DNA from: Candidatus Latescibacterota bacterium
GTDB lineage: Bacteria > Latescibacterota > UBA2968
NCBI GenBank assembly: GCA_038279365.1
Contig: JAYODI010000047.1
Coordinates: 9,735 to 44,250, forward strand
Reading direction: 5' to 3'
DNA: 34,516 nt
The position numbers and the translations under genes were made by a program. Below are positions 17,942-27,471 of this stretch, piece by piece; the first letter of the stretch is position 1, and each line of letters begins with the position of its first letter. A model generated the notes under the pieces. That model was not told the origin of the DNA. It made no database searches and saw nothing but the letters and a program-made list of their open reading frames with translations.

Positions 17942-19138
17942 CTAAGCCAAATCAAGTATATGCTTGGCAATTTGTGACAAGGGCACAACTTGGTCAACAG
18001 CACCACATGCAATGGCCTCTTTGGGCATACCAAATACCACACAACTTGCTTCATCTTGCGCCATGTTCATGGCCCCTGCATGTTTCATTTCCAACATGCC
18101 TTGGGCACCATCTGCCCCCATGCCCGTAAGCATAACACCAATGGCATTTTTACCCGCATATTGGGCAACAGAACGAAATAATACTTCTACCGAAGGACGG
18201 TGACGACACACCAATGGACCTTGTTTGACTTGCACCTGATACAAAGCCCCCGAACGCTTTAATGTCATATGTTTGTTTCCCGGAGCAATAAGCACCCGTC
18301 CGGGCACAACCTGATCACCGTCAACGGCCTCACGCACTTCCACTTTGCACAAATCGTTTAATCGATCTGCAAATGATTTTGTAAAATACTCTGGCATATG
18401 TTGCACAACAACCGTACCAGGTGCATTGGGTGGAAATTGTTCAATAATCTCACGCAATGCTTCGGTCCCCCCCGTTGACGCCCCAATAGCAACCACTCGA
18501 AATAGATCGAAAATGCGTTGGGGTGATAAATGGCCAAAATCCATTTTATATAATACATCTTGTAACAACTCACCATCAACACCTCTACCCGTTGTAAAAT
18601 GCAATCGAAAAGCAGGATTAGACATCCAAATACAACACTGAGCATCAATGACACAAACCGGAAACGGAATGTTATTTAAAATAGAAACACTCAGTGCTTG
18701 CGCTTGTTCCAACCGCAATTGTTGATCAACTGCAGTCTCCTGAAGCAACTGTATATCCTCTTTCACACTGCGTTTTTCTTGCAAAAAGGAAAACGCGTCT
18801 TCTATTTTTGCATTCAAATCTGCAAACAAAATAGGCTTTGGCAAAAAAGCAAATGCCCCTTCATTTACAGCCTTAATAGCCAAATCCATATCCCCATAAC
18901 CCGTGATGATAATCACCGGTATCTCTGGCTGGGTTGCTTTTACGGTTTGCAACACATCAAACCCACTGGCACCAGGCATTTGAATATCGGTAACCACCAA
19001 ATCAAAAATATCAGATTCAATGGAAGCAATGGCCTTGGCACCATCTGATATGGCTTGTACCTGATCACCTCGAAACGCGAGATATTTGCGAAGTGTTTCT
19101 AAAACCATCACATCATCATCGGCGACAAGGATTTTCAT
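17942..19138 (-). CDS. cheB: Atypical fusion: NtrC-like receiver, coiled coil, partial PAS, CheB methylesterase domain
   Basis: C-terminal VAIGASTGG, QHMP, HRPSVEVLF, LTGMGADGA, QDEASCVVFGMP; N-terminal ILVADDD...TDIQMPG...TGYG...KP. Confidence 0.8.
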   Translation of the reverse strand: MKILVADDDVMVLETLRKYLAFRGDQVQAISDGAKAIASIESDIFDLVVTDIQMPGASGFDVLQTVKATQPEIPVIIITGYGDMDLAIKAVNEGAFAFLPKPILFADLNAKIEDAFSFLQEKRSVKEDIQLLQETAVDQQLRLEQAQALSVSILNNIPFPVCVIDAQCCIWMSNPAFRLHFTTGRGVDGELLQDVLYKMDFGHLSPQRIFDLFRVVAIGASTGGTEALREIIEQFPPNAPGTVVVQHMPEYFTKSFADRLNDLCKVEVREAVDGDQVVPGRVLIAPGNKHMTLKRSGALYQVQVKQGPLVCRHRPSVEVLFRSVAQYAGKNAIGVMLTGMGADGAQGMLEMKHAGAMNMAQDEASCVVFGMPKEAIACGAVDQVVPLSQIAKHILDLA

Positions 19139-19155
19139 AAACAATTCCAATCGTT

Positions 19156-20466
19156 TTACATAAACAAGTATTTTGCAATAAAAATCACAGCCAGCACATC
19201 GACCAATGCGTGTACATCATCGCCTTTGCCACCCAAACGTTTTACAATCGGATAAGATATAAAACCCAAAGCCAAACCATCAGAAATGCTAAATGTTAAT
19301 GGAATGGCAATAAGGGTTAAAAATGCTGGCAAAGCTTCAGACACATCTTGCCAGTCTATATTAACCACAGGCAACATCATCAACACCCCCACCATCACCA
19401 ATGCAGGTGAGGTGGCAAACAATGGAATAGACTGGATTAAAGGGGTAAAAAACAATGCGACCAAAAACAACCCCCCTGTTATCACATTGGCAAAACCCGT
19501 ACGCGCACCTACCGAAATCCCCGAAGCACTTTCGATATACGTGGTCACAGTTGATGTGCCCAATATCCCGCCACAAACCGTTCCTACCGAATCGGCAAGC
19601 AATGCGCGATTGGCCCGTGGCAATTGCCCAGATTTGTTTAAAAAACCCACCCGCTCAGACAACCCAACCAATGTGCCCATCGTATCAAAAAGATCGACAA
19701 ATAAAAATGCAAAGACCAGCTCAATAAGCCCCACATGAAACGCAATGGGAACATTTTCAACAGCCACCCCAAACAAATGAACCGGCAAAATGGGCAAGCT
19801 CACAATCTCTTGTGGCCAAGACGATACCCCAAAAACCATTGCCAAAACCGTTACGCCCACAATGCCCAAAAGAATCGCTGCATTCACCCCACGCACCATC
19901 ATCACACCCGTACCCAAAATACCCAACAACACCAAACCGACTGGCCCTGTTTTAACATCTCCTAAAGAAACCAAAGTGGCTTCGTCGGCCACAATAATCC
20001 CCGCATTCTTTAGACCAATAAACGCAATAAACAAACCAATGCCCGCTGCCGTTGCTCGTTTTAACGGTTCTGGTACAGCCGTAATGATGGCCTCGCGCAC
20101 CTTTAATAAAGTAAGCAAAACAAACAACAACCCCGATGCCAACACCACGCCCATGGCCAGCTCCCAATGCACCCCCATGCCCAAAACCACACCATATGCA
20201 AAAAAGGCATTTAACCCCATACCCGGTGCCAAAGCAAATGGATAATTGGCCAATAAACCCATCAAAAGTGTGGCAATGGCAGCTGAAACACATGTAACAA
20301 ACACCAGCTCGCCAAACAAATCGCGCCCCAAAGCATCGGATAAAATACTGGGATTAACCACCACGATATAAGCCATGGTCATAAAGGTGGTCACCCCCCC
20401 AAGGGCTTCAACCCGAAAATGGGTGCCGACCTCATCAAATTTAAAAAAACGCGCAATCGCTTCCAT
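19156..20466 (-). CDS. NCS2/AzgA-family nucleobase (purine) permease
   Basis: GGVTTFMTMAYIVVVNP, APGMGLNAFF, DLFDTMGTL, GTSTVTTYIESASG. Confidence 0.93.
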   Translation of the reverse strand: MEAIARFFKFDEVGTHFRVEALGGVTTFMTMAYIVVVNPSILSDALGRDLFGELVFVTCVSAAIATLLMGLLANYPFALAPGMGLNAFFAYGVVLGMGVHWELAMGVVLASGLLFVLLTLLKVREAIITAVPEPLKRATAAGIGLFIAFIGLKNAGIIVADEATLVSLGDVKTGPVGLVLLGILGTGVMMVRGVNAAILLGIVGVTVLAMVFGVSSWPQEIVSLPILPVHLFGVAVENVPIAFHVGLIELVFAFLFVDLFDTMGTLVGLSERVGFLNKSGQLPRANRALLADSVGTVCGGILGTSTVTTYIESASGISVGARTGFANVITGGLFLVALFFTPLIQSIPLFATSPALVMVGVLMMLPVVNIDWQDVSEALPAFLTLIAIPLTFSISDGLALGFISYPIVKRLGGKGDDVHALVDVLAVIFIAKYLFM

Positions 20467-20491
20467 ACAATCCTTTCTCTATCATTGATGC

Positions 20492-21622
20492 TCAGTGTCC
20501 AAATGCACTTGCAAAAATCAAAAAATCACCAAATCCAACCACCAGATCACCGTCCAAATCAAAACGCACATCAAAAGCCTGCACACCAAAAGCCTGTGCA
20601 AACAACAAGAAGTCTGAAAATGCCACACGACCATCCCCATCAAAGTCTGCCGAACGCCCCGGATACCCCGCAAAATGCAACAGCGCCCCCAATGTGGCCT
20701 GTGTGATGCCCGCAACAAATGACACATCAACATGATCCAATGTATCAATGCTCATATTCAAATGTGATGCCGGACTGTTAATATATTGGAAAATACCCAG
20801 TGCAGGATATCCCACATTGATAAACGATTGATGATCTGAACAGCCACAACCACGGCTTGAAACAAACACTTTTCCACCCACACCATTCAAAGCCTCTACC
20901 GAAGAATAATCTTCTGCCGTTTGAGCAAGCACATTACCCTGTGTCACATAAGGATTAATGGTATCAATGGTAAAACCATTGGTAAAAACAGGCGATCTTG
21001 TACCAATAGCATCCATTTGCAACATCACCACAATCTCCTCCCCCTTTGCCTTTGCTTGTTTGGCATAATGATCACTCCCAATAAGCCCCAACTCTTCCGC
21101 ACCCCAAAAAGCAAATTCGACCGTCACATCCACATCTACCCCTTGCATCAATCGGGCAATTTCCAACACCGCGGCAATGCCCGAAGCATTGTCATCGGCT
21201 CCGGGGGCCACATCTTGATCCTTTTGGGCACGATCTATGGCTATGGAATCATAATGCCCCCCCAACACCACTTTTTTTTGGGGAAACAGACTGCCACGTT
21301 TGCTTGCAATAACATTCCACTGTTTTAAACCCGTCACAGAAAAGGTGTGGCCAAAAAAGCTGCGTGTGGGTGTATTGACCTCAAATGTATCGTAACGCAC
21401 CGCATATCCCAAGGAAGCCAACCGCTCGCCCAACCACACAGAAGCCGCCGCATTGGAATCAGATCCCATAAAACGCGTTTCAAATGCCACAAGACGTTTC
21501 ACATCACGGTCAATGCGTTCTGGCGCAACTTGTTGCACCAAATTCAACACATCTTGATCCACAGCACCTTCTACAACGCCTCCACGCCACAAAAACAAAA
21601 CGATCAAAAAACAGATACGCAC
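20492..21622 (-). CDS. Secreted M28 family metallopeptidase with C-terminal dockerin/EF-hand-like tandem motif
   Basis: GGHYDS, PGADDNASG, GAEELGLIGS, SDH; tail DFDGDGRVAFSDFLLFAQAFG...FDLDGDLVVGFGDFLIFASAFG. Confidence 0.88.
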   Translation of the reverse strand: MRICFLIVLFLWRGGVVEGAVDQDVLNLVQQVAPERIDRDVKRLVAFETRFMGSDSNAAASVWLGERLASLGYAVRYDTFEVNTPTRSFFGHTFSVTGLKQWNVIASKRGSLFPQKKVVLGGHYDSIAIDRAQKDQDVAPGADDNASGIAAVLEIARLMQGVDVDVTVEFAFWGAEELGLIGSDHYAKQAKAKGEEIVVMLQMDAIGTRSPVFTNGFTIDTINPYVTQGNVLAQTAEDYSSVEALNGVGGKVFVSSRGCGCSDHQSFINVGYPALGIFQYINSPASHLNMSIDTLDHVDVSFVAGITQATLGALLHFAGYPGRSADFDGDGRVAFSDFLLFAQAFGVQAFDVRFDLDGDLVVGFGDFLIFASAFGH

Positions 21623-21783
21623 GGGGTCATCTCCTTACACAAAGAAATATCAATAAGTTAGTTACCAAAATAAGTCGGTCTTTCAAGCAATGTCAACAGC
21701 TAAAGACAAAACAACAAGTAAAGCATTTTTTAACCTTGCCGATAAAATAAATAAGGAAAAACAATCTGCAAACCATTGGGGGC

Positions 21784-21987
21784 ATGATGTTACTTGTAAC
21801 CATTGCATTCTTTTTACTTACCGGTCTTTATCTATTAGGTGAAGCCGTTCGTCGATTGTGGCTTATGGAATGGAATCAAATGCACCCTGCACCCATAGAG
21901 GTGCCTCCAGATAAAGATGAAAAAGAGGAAGGCCCCAAATTGACAAAGTTGGGGCGCCCCATTGTCGAAATTAAGTTAAGTGCATAA
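21784..21987 (+). CDS. Small single-pass membrane protein, hypothetical
   Basis: Hydrophobic N-terminus and charged Pro-rich tail; followed immediately by a terminator. Confidence 0.6.
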   Translation: MMLLVTIAFFLLTGLYLLGEAVRRLWLMEWNQMHPAPIEVPPDKDEKEEGPKLTKLGRPIVEIKLSA

Positions 21988-22023
21988 ACAAAACGGGAAA
22001 CTTCAGAGTTTCCCGTTTTGTTT
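21986..22023 (+). terminator. Intrinsic terminator
   Basis: AAACAAAACGGGAAACT / AGTTTCCCGTTTTGTTT perfect inverted repeat. Confidence 0.85.
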
Positions 22024-22174
22024 ATTCTCCTCAAAAAAGCCCGCCCATATCACAACCTGCATCCCCTTGAAAATATCACAATTGACAACCTACAACAAGA
22101 CTTGCGCTTGCATAAAAATACATGTAGATTGAAACCCAATGGGACCGTGCGTCATTTAAGTATGGAGAGAGGAG

Positions 22175-22951
22175 ATGCAAGCCATGATGGAAGACATCGG
22201 CCCCCTGCTTAAACATTGGCCATATAGTCAAGACAACAGCATTCGCAAAATTATTGATCAAGACGGAACAGAAAAAATTCAAGTGCGTGTTGATCAAGGT
22301 GCTTTTCAAGGCATCTTACAAATGGAACTCGATGGACGCCCCGATGGACGCAAACGCCATCGCAGCGCATTTGTACTCGATTATTTCCAAAACAAGCGCG
22401 ATCACCACATAGAAGAAAATGGCAAAGACGAAGGGTTTGAACTGACACGATCACAGTGTCGTGAACTCTTTGACGAAAGCCACCAAATTTATGAACGTTA
22501 TGTCTTTTTGTTACAAATTCAAGACTATGACCGCGTCATTCGAGACACCGAACGCAATATGGATTTGTTTCGCTTTGTCAACCGCTATGCAAAAGCTGAA
22601 GAAGACCAACTAAACCTTGAAAAATGGTGGCCTTACGTCTTGCGTATTCATGCCATAGCAAGGGTCATGATTACCACCGAAAACAAAGATTTTGAGTCGG
22701 GCATTGCCATTATTCGCGATGTGTTGGACAAAATTGAAAATCTGAAGAAAGTAGATGCCGAAGAATTTCACCTTGAAAAAGAACGTTCCATAAAAGCCCT
22801 TGGTGAATTGCTTGAGGAATTGGAACAAAAACGTCCATTAAGCGAAACCGAACAACTCAAAAAAGAATTGCTCAGTGCCATAGAAAACGAAGACTTTGAA
22901 CGAGCCGCCGAATTGCGCGATCTCATTCATCAGTCAGACAAAAACCTATAA
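22175..22951 (+). CDS. UvrB/UvrC (UVR) motif-containing protein
   Basis: C-terminal LLSAIENEDFERAAELRD; N-terminal KIQVRVD..GILQMELDGRPDG; RBS GGAG. Confidence 0.8.
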   Translation: MQAMMEDIGPLLKHWPYSQDNSIRKIIDQDGTEKIQVRVDQGAFQGILQMELDGRPDGRKRHRSAFVLDYFQNKRDHHIEENGKDEGFELTRSQCRELFDESHQIYERYVFLLQIQDYDRVIRDTERNMDLFRFVNRYAKAEEDQLNLEKWWPYVLRIHAIARVMITTENKDFESGIAIIRDVLDKIENLKKVDAEEFHLEKERSIKALGELLEELEQKRPLSETEQLKKELLSAIENEDFERAAELRDLIHQSDKNL

Positions 22952-22961
22952 AACAAAGCCC

Positions 22962-22990
22962 TTGACACCTAAAGTCAAAACACCTACATT
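22962..22990 (+). promoter_or_regulatory. sigma70 promoter P1 of the ilv leader
   Basis: TTGACA-17 bp-TACATT. Confidence 0.7.
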
Positions 22991-23038
22991 TTGGCTCTCT
23001 TTTCAAACAAAACCTTTTTTAATAAGTATTTATAATCT

Positions 23039-23131
23039 ATGACATCCACACAGATCACTGCCATCGTAGTCACACACCTCGTAGAACGCGTAGGTGTTGT
23101 AGACGTATCTGTACCACGGTGGCGGTATTGA
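23039..23131 (+). CDS. ilv attenuator leader peptide MTSTQITAIVVTHLVERVGVVDVSVPRWRY (30 aa)
   Basis: Hand-translated; 8 Val, 2 Ile, 1 Leu, 4 Thr; lies between promoter and terminator upstream of ilvB; below the ORF-track size cutoff. Confidence 0.8.
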   Translation: MTSTQITAIVVTHLVERVGVVDVSVPRWRY

Positions 23132-23153
23132 TCACGGGTTTATCTTCTGTGTC

Positions 23154-23188
23154 AAACCGCTATCGCACATTGCGATGGCGGTTTTTTT
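23154..23188 (+). terminator. Attenuator terminator of the ilvB leader
   Basis: AAACCGCTATCGCA-cat-TGCGATGGCGGTTT plus T run; the 5' arm can alternatively pair with GGTGGCGGT (23118-23126). Confidence 0.85.
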
Positions 23189-23204
23189 ATGTGTTTGAGA
23201 ATCG

Positions 23205-23233
23205 TTGACAAAAATGAACACCACACGTATAAT
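23205..23233 (+). promoter_or_regulatory. Perfect-consensus sigma70 promoter P2 downstream of the attenuator
   Basis: TTGACA (23205-23210), 17 bp, TATAAT (23228-23233). Confidence 0.75.
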
Positions 23234-23282
23234 TAAAATCGTAACTTCTGGAAAAATAGTCGATTATTAAGGAGATCGAACA

Positions 23283-25004
23283 ATGGCAAGTGCAGCAACT
23301 CCCCCAGCCTCAAAAGAAATGCGTGGGGCCGATATTGTGATCGAAAGCCTCGTTCGCGAAGGCGTTGAAGTGCTCTTTGGTTATCCGGGCGGTGCCAGCA
23401 TGGAACTCCACCAAGCACTCACACGTTCCAAAATTCGCAACGTTTTGTGCCGTCACGAACAAGGCGAAATCTTTGCCGCCGAAGGATATGCCAAAGCTTC
23501 AGGCAAAGTGGGTGTCTGCATGGCCACTTCTGGCCCAGGTGCCACCAACCTGGTCACAGGATTGGCCGATGCAAAAATGGATTCCGTTCCACTTGTTGCC
23601 ATTACTGGCCAGGTGCCAAGAGGCGTCATTGGTCGAGATGCATTTCAAGAAACACCCATTGTTGAAATCACACGCCAAATTACCAAACACAACTATCTCA
23701 TCGACCGCATCGAAGACATTCCCCGCATTATCAAAGAAGCATTCCACATCGCCTCCACGGGGCGTCCTGGTCCAGTATTGGTCGATATACCAAAAGACAT
23801 TCAACAAAGTTATTGTGTGCCCAATTTTCCAGAAACTGTCTCCATGCGCAGTTATGCCCCCAACCAGTTTCGCGCATCCCGTGAAGACATTAAAACCATT
23901 GCCCAAGCCATCAAAGACGCCAAACGTCCCGTTGTTTATGCAGGTGGGGGCATTGTCACCGCCGAAGCATCCGAAGCGTTGCGTACCTTCATCAAAAAAA
24001 CAAATATTCCCGTTGTTCAAACGCTTTTGGGCTTGGGCGTTTTTCCTGAAACCGACCCCCTCTCCTTACAAATGGTGGGCATGCACGGTTCGGTTTATGC
24101 CAACTATGCCATCAACCACGCCGACTTGCTCTTGGCCTTTGGCGTACGCTTTGACGACCGGGTAACTGGCAAACTTGAAGAATTTGCCAAACATGGCAAA
24201 ATTGTACACATCGATATTGACCCATCTGAACTCAACAAAAACAAAGTGGCACATATTCCCGTTGCCAGCGACATCAAATATGCCTTGGAAGAACTCAATG
24301 GCGTGGTCGAAGATACTGCATTTCCAGAATGGGTAGATGAAATTAGTGTATGGCGCAAAAAACATCCCTTTTCCTTTTCGGATACGGACGATGAGATTTT
24401 GCCCCAATACGCCATTCAATTGCTTTACGAAATTACCAAAGGTGATGCCATCGTTGCCACAGGTGTAGGTCAACACCAAATGTGGGCCGCCCAATTTTAT
24501 CCTTTTGACGAACCACGCAGGTGGCTCACATCTGGAGGATTGGGTTCAATGGGTTTTGGCTTGCCTGCCGCATTGGGCGCCCAATTGGCGTTTCCCGACA
24601 AACTCGTTGTAGACATAGATGGCGATGGCAGTTTTGCCATGAATGTGCAAGAATTGGCAACCCTTTATGTTGAAAAATTGCCCGTAAAAACCATCATCTT
24701 AAACAACCAACACTTGGGTATGGTTGTACAATGGGAAGACCGATTTTATGAAAGCAATCGCGGTCATACCTTTATCGGCGACCCCGAAGGCAAAGAAGCG
24801 GTCTACCCCGACTATGTCACGGTGGCCGAAGGCTTTCGCGTAAAGGCCGAACGTGTTGCCAGCAAAAAAGAATTGCCCGCAGCCATGAAACGCATGATTG
24901 CACACGATGGGCCATATTTGTTGGATGTGACCGTGCCCAATCAAGAACACGTGCTGCCAATGATTCCTTCGGGCATGACATTTGCAGACATCATAACAGA
25001 GTAA
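23283..25004 (+). CDS. ilvB: Acetolactate synthase (AHAS) large subunit, biosynthetic type
   Basis: [46 protein letters not shown], ThDP motif GDGS...NN. Confidence 0.96.
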   Translation: MASAATPPASKEMRGADIVIESLVREGVEVLFGYPGGASMELHQALTRSKIRNVLCRHEQGEIFAAEGYAKASGKVGVCMATSGPGATNLVTGLADAKMDSVPLVAITGQVPRGVIGRDAFQETPIVEITRQITKHNYLIDRIEDIPRIIKEAFHIASTGRPGPVLVDIPKDIQQSYCVPNFPETVSMRSYAPNQFRASREDIKTIAQAIKDAKRPVVYAGGGIVTAEASEALRTFIKKTNIPVVQTLLGLGVFPETDPLSLQMVGMHGSVYANYAINHADLLLAFGVRFDDRVTGKLEEFAKHGKIVHIDIDPSELNKNKVAHIPVASDIKYALEELNGVVEDTAFPEWVDEISVWRKKHPFSFSDTDDEILPQYAIQLLYEITKGDAIVATGVGQHQMWAAQFYPFDEPRRWLTSGGLGSMGFGLPAALGAQLAFPDKLVVDIDGDGSFAMNVQELATLYVEKLPVKTIILNNQHLGMVVQWEDRFYESNRGHTFIGDPEGKEAVYPDYVTVAEGFRVKAERVASKKELPAAMKRMIAHDGPYLLDVTVPNQEHVLPMIPSGMTFADIITE

Positions 25005-25024
25005 GTTTTTATTATATAACAATT

Positions 25025-25060
25025 AAGCGGTCACCCCAAAGTAGGGTGTCCGCTTTTTTT
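25025..25060 (+). terminator. Intrinsic terminator after ilvB
   Basis: AAGCGGtCACCC...GGGTGtCCGCTT followed by a T run. Confidence 0.75.
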
Positions 25061-25121
25061 ATCTTAAAAAAGTGGCCCCATCACCGATTTTCATTTTAAA
25101 TGATTTTTTTTTAAACCTTAT

Positions 25122-25150
25122 GGAACGCTGTGACATCTAAGGCGGTCTAA
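25122..25150 (+). promoter_or_regulatory. Candidate ECF (sigmaE-type) autoregulatory promoter
   Basis: GGAACgc-16 bp-GTCTAA about 90 bp upstream of the ECF sigma gene. Confidence 0.6.
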
Positions 25151-25239
25151 GTGAGTAGAAAGCAAAATTGTTGGATGTTTCACGTTTCCTAATATTGCTT
25201 TAAGAAAAACGGCCCCTTACCTTCCGGAACCTGGACCGC

Positions 25240-25830
25240 ATGCACGATGAACAAAAGTTGATTTCCCGTTGCCAAAACGGAGACATACAAGCCTTTCGAG
25301 AGCTTGTCGAACGCTATGAAGATCGTATCTATGCGTTGGCCTGTTCCATCGTAAGCAATCCGGAAGCAGCCAAAGATGTGGCCCAAGAAGCCTTTGTTCG
25401 TGCATACAAAGCCCTCAACAGCTTTGAAGGCAATTCGAGCTTCTACACCTGGCTTTACCGCATTGCCACCAATGTGTGTCTCAACGCCGCACAAAAAGAA
25501 AAACGACGCATAGACCGTGTGTCACTCGACGAATTACAAGAAAAACCCGATGTTTCCTCTGAGCGTTTCTTTGGTACAGAAGAACCTGAAAACGACATGG
25601 AACGTATTGACTTAAGACAACAAATTGACAAAGTATTAAACCACCTCTCACCCGATCACCGTGCGGTGGTGGTGCTCAAAGATATTGAAGACTTATCACA
25701 AGAAGAAATTGCCGAGACATTGGGCGTCTCTATTGGCACTGTCAAATCCAGGCTCTCACGTGCGCGGGCGCATTTAAAAGACTTGCTCCTGCCCCTTTAC
25801 ACCGAATGGACAGGGAGAAATACTGTATGA
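25240..25830 (+). CDS. ECF RNA polymerase sigma factor (RpoE/SigW-like)
   Basis: DVAQEAFVRAY, FYTWLYRIATN, EIAETLGVSIGTVKSRLSRAR. Confidence 0.93.
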   Translation: MHDEQKLISRCQNGDIQAFRELVERYEDRIYALACSIVSNPEAAKDVAQEAFVRAYKALNSFEGNSSFYTWLYRIATNVCLNAAQKEKRRIDRVSLDELQEKPDVSSERFFGTEEPENDMERIDLRQQIDKVLNHLSPDHRAVVVLKDIEDLSQEEIAETLGVSIGTVKSRLSRARAHLKDLLLPLYTEWTGRNTV

Positions 25831-26255
25831 ATGAAAAAGATAAATTGTTGCACTATGTAGATGGCAATCTGTCTCCCGAAGACACACTGGTCTTTGAAGC
25901 AAAATTGGCACATGATGTGGCCTTGCAACAAGAGTTGGAAATGCTCAGGCGCATCCAAATGCAAATTAAAAAAAGACCTTCGGCACCCTCACCCGGTCTT
26001 TGGGCAGGCATTGAGGCCCAATTAGAAGCAGAAACATCCGACAATATTTGGCCACACTTGGTTTGGGCCAGCAAAAGGCTCATGCCAATCATGGCCGCAG
26101 CAGCCATCATACTTATGGCCGTGTTGGGCAACACCACAACCGAAGCCAACACTGAAACAACGCTCAATGATTATTTGGCCAATCAGACCGACTTGGTACT
26201 GTCAGAAATCAGTACCGAAAACATTGTTCCTTACACCGCCACAACAGATCAATAG
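25827..26255 (+). CDS. Transmembrane anti-sigma factor
   Basis: ATGA overlap with sigma stop; LLHYVDGNLS...EAKL anti-sigma-like N-terminus; one TM segment. Confidence 0.75.
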   Translation: MNEKDKLLHYVDGNLSPEDTLVFEAKLAHDVALQQELEMLRRIQMQIKKRPSAPSPGLWAGIEAQLEAETSDNIWPHLVWASKRLMPIMAAAAIILMAVLGNTTTEANTETTLNDYLANQTDLVLSEISTENIVPYTATTDQ

Positions 26256-26264
26256 AGGCCAATC

Positions 26265-26753
26265 ATGCTTTCGCTATCTGCTCGTGCAAAAGCCCTATTC
26301 CTCGCACTTGGCATATTTATTATTGGTGCCCTGTGTGGCGCAATGGGAGAACGCTGGCTCTTGTTGCATCGCTTCAACCCATTTGCCCAAATGCATCACG
26401 GTGGCCCACCCAGAATGGATCGATCAGACCGAGGCGATCGAGGCCCTGGCCCATCGATCAGGCGATTGGCCCGCGACTTAGACCTCACAGACGAACAACA
26501 AGAAACCATTTCAAAAATTATGGAAACATATCGCACACGTTTAGACACGGTTCGTAGAGAAATCAGTGAAAAAATGCAAAAAGGCGGGGAAGAAATTCAA
26601 GCCAAAATCAGAAACGAACTCACCGAAGAACAACGCCTAAAATTTGATCACATGACCCAAGAACGAGAGCAACGCTGGCGCAAGGGTCGAGGTGATTTTG
26701 GTGGCCGAGGAGGATGGGGTGACGGTCCACCAAAAGGACCAAGGCCAGAATAA
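26265..26753 (+). CDS. Periplasmic Spy/CpxP-like (heavy-metal sensor-like) helical protein
   Basis: N-terminal TM, LDLTDEQQ and ELTEEQR motifs, Gly/Arg/Pro-rich ends. Confidence 0.75.
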   Translation: MLSLSARAKALFLALGIFIIGALCGAMGERWLLLHRFNPFAQMHHGGPPRMDRSDRGDRGPGPSIRRLARDLDLTDEQQETISKIMETYRTRLDTVRREISEKMQKGGEEIQAKIRNELTEEQRLKFDHMTQEREQRWRKGRGDFGGRGGWGDGPPKGPRPE

Positions 26754-26867
26754 GTAGTTACCAAGATGCTTCAAACCACATACGCGCGTATAAAATACTG
26801 TTCACCGTCAAAGGTCTATTGCCATTTGACACCATATCAACGTATTACTTTATCCGGGGATACAACC

Positions 26868-27419
26868 ATGAAACGTAAAATGATTTTTGCACTCCTTGGC
26901 ATCTTTGCCATCGCAGCCGTCACCACATTTGCACATGCACGCCCAGGAAAACGCGAAGGCATGATGCATCCCAAAATGATGACCGAACTCAATTTAACCG
27001 ATGCACAAAAAGAAAAACTCAAAACCATGCGCAGTGCACATCAAAAAGAAATGATCAAGCTACAAGCCGCAGCCAAAATTGCGCAAATTGAATTGGGCGA
27101 TGTCTTGCACCAAGACAACCCCAAAAGCACCGAAGTGAAGGCCAAAATTGATGCCGTTAATGCCGCACGCAACAAAGTAATGGAAGCACGTATCATGAGA
27201 CGTTTAGAAAGCAAAAAGGTCTTCACACCCGAACAGCTTAAAAAAATGGAAGAACTCAAGGCGCAACATGGTGCCCATCCTGGTATGGGAAAAGGCCCCA
27301 GACAATTTGAGCAACGTCAATTTCGAGACAACAGATTTCGCGGGCAACACGGCCCTCGCATGATGCCAGGCGATTTTGAAGCCACGCCATCAGAAGAAAC
27401 ACCAGCTACCCAAATGTAG
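26868..27419 (+). CDS. Spy/CpxP family periplasmic chaperone
   Basis: Signal peptide ending AHA, LNLTDAQK and VFTPEQ motifs; start set to ATG 26868. Confidence 0.82.
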   Translation: MKRKMIFALLGIFAIAAVTTFAHARPGKREGMMHPKMMTELNLTDAQKEKLKTMRSAHQKEMIKLQAAAKIAQIELGDVLHQDNPKSTEVKAKIDAVNAARNKVMEARIMRRLESKKVFTPEQLKKMEELKAQHGAHPGMGKGPRQFEQRQFRDNRFRGQHGPRMMPGDFEATPSEETPATQM

Positions 27420-27471
27420 AATCAGTTTTTCTGATGCACCAAAACCGGGGCGTGTGGTAATTGCCACACGT

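Noticed and set aside
20467-20491. Purine riboswitch ahead of the NCS2 permease
   Set aside because: The intergenic gap is only 25 bp
22175-22951. Calling this gene uvrB or uvrC
   Set aside because: Only the short UVR motif is present, with no helicase or nuclease motifs
26754-26867. Second ECF promoter before the Spy-like gene
   Set aside because: GTCTA is present but there is no correctly spaced GGAAC/AAC -35 element
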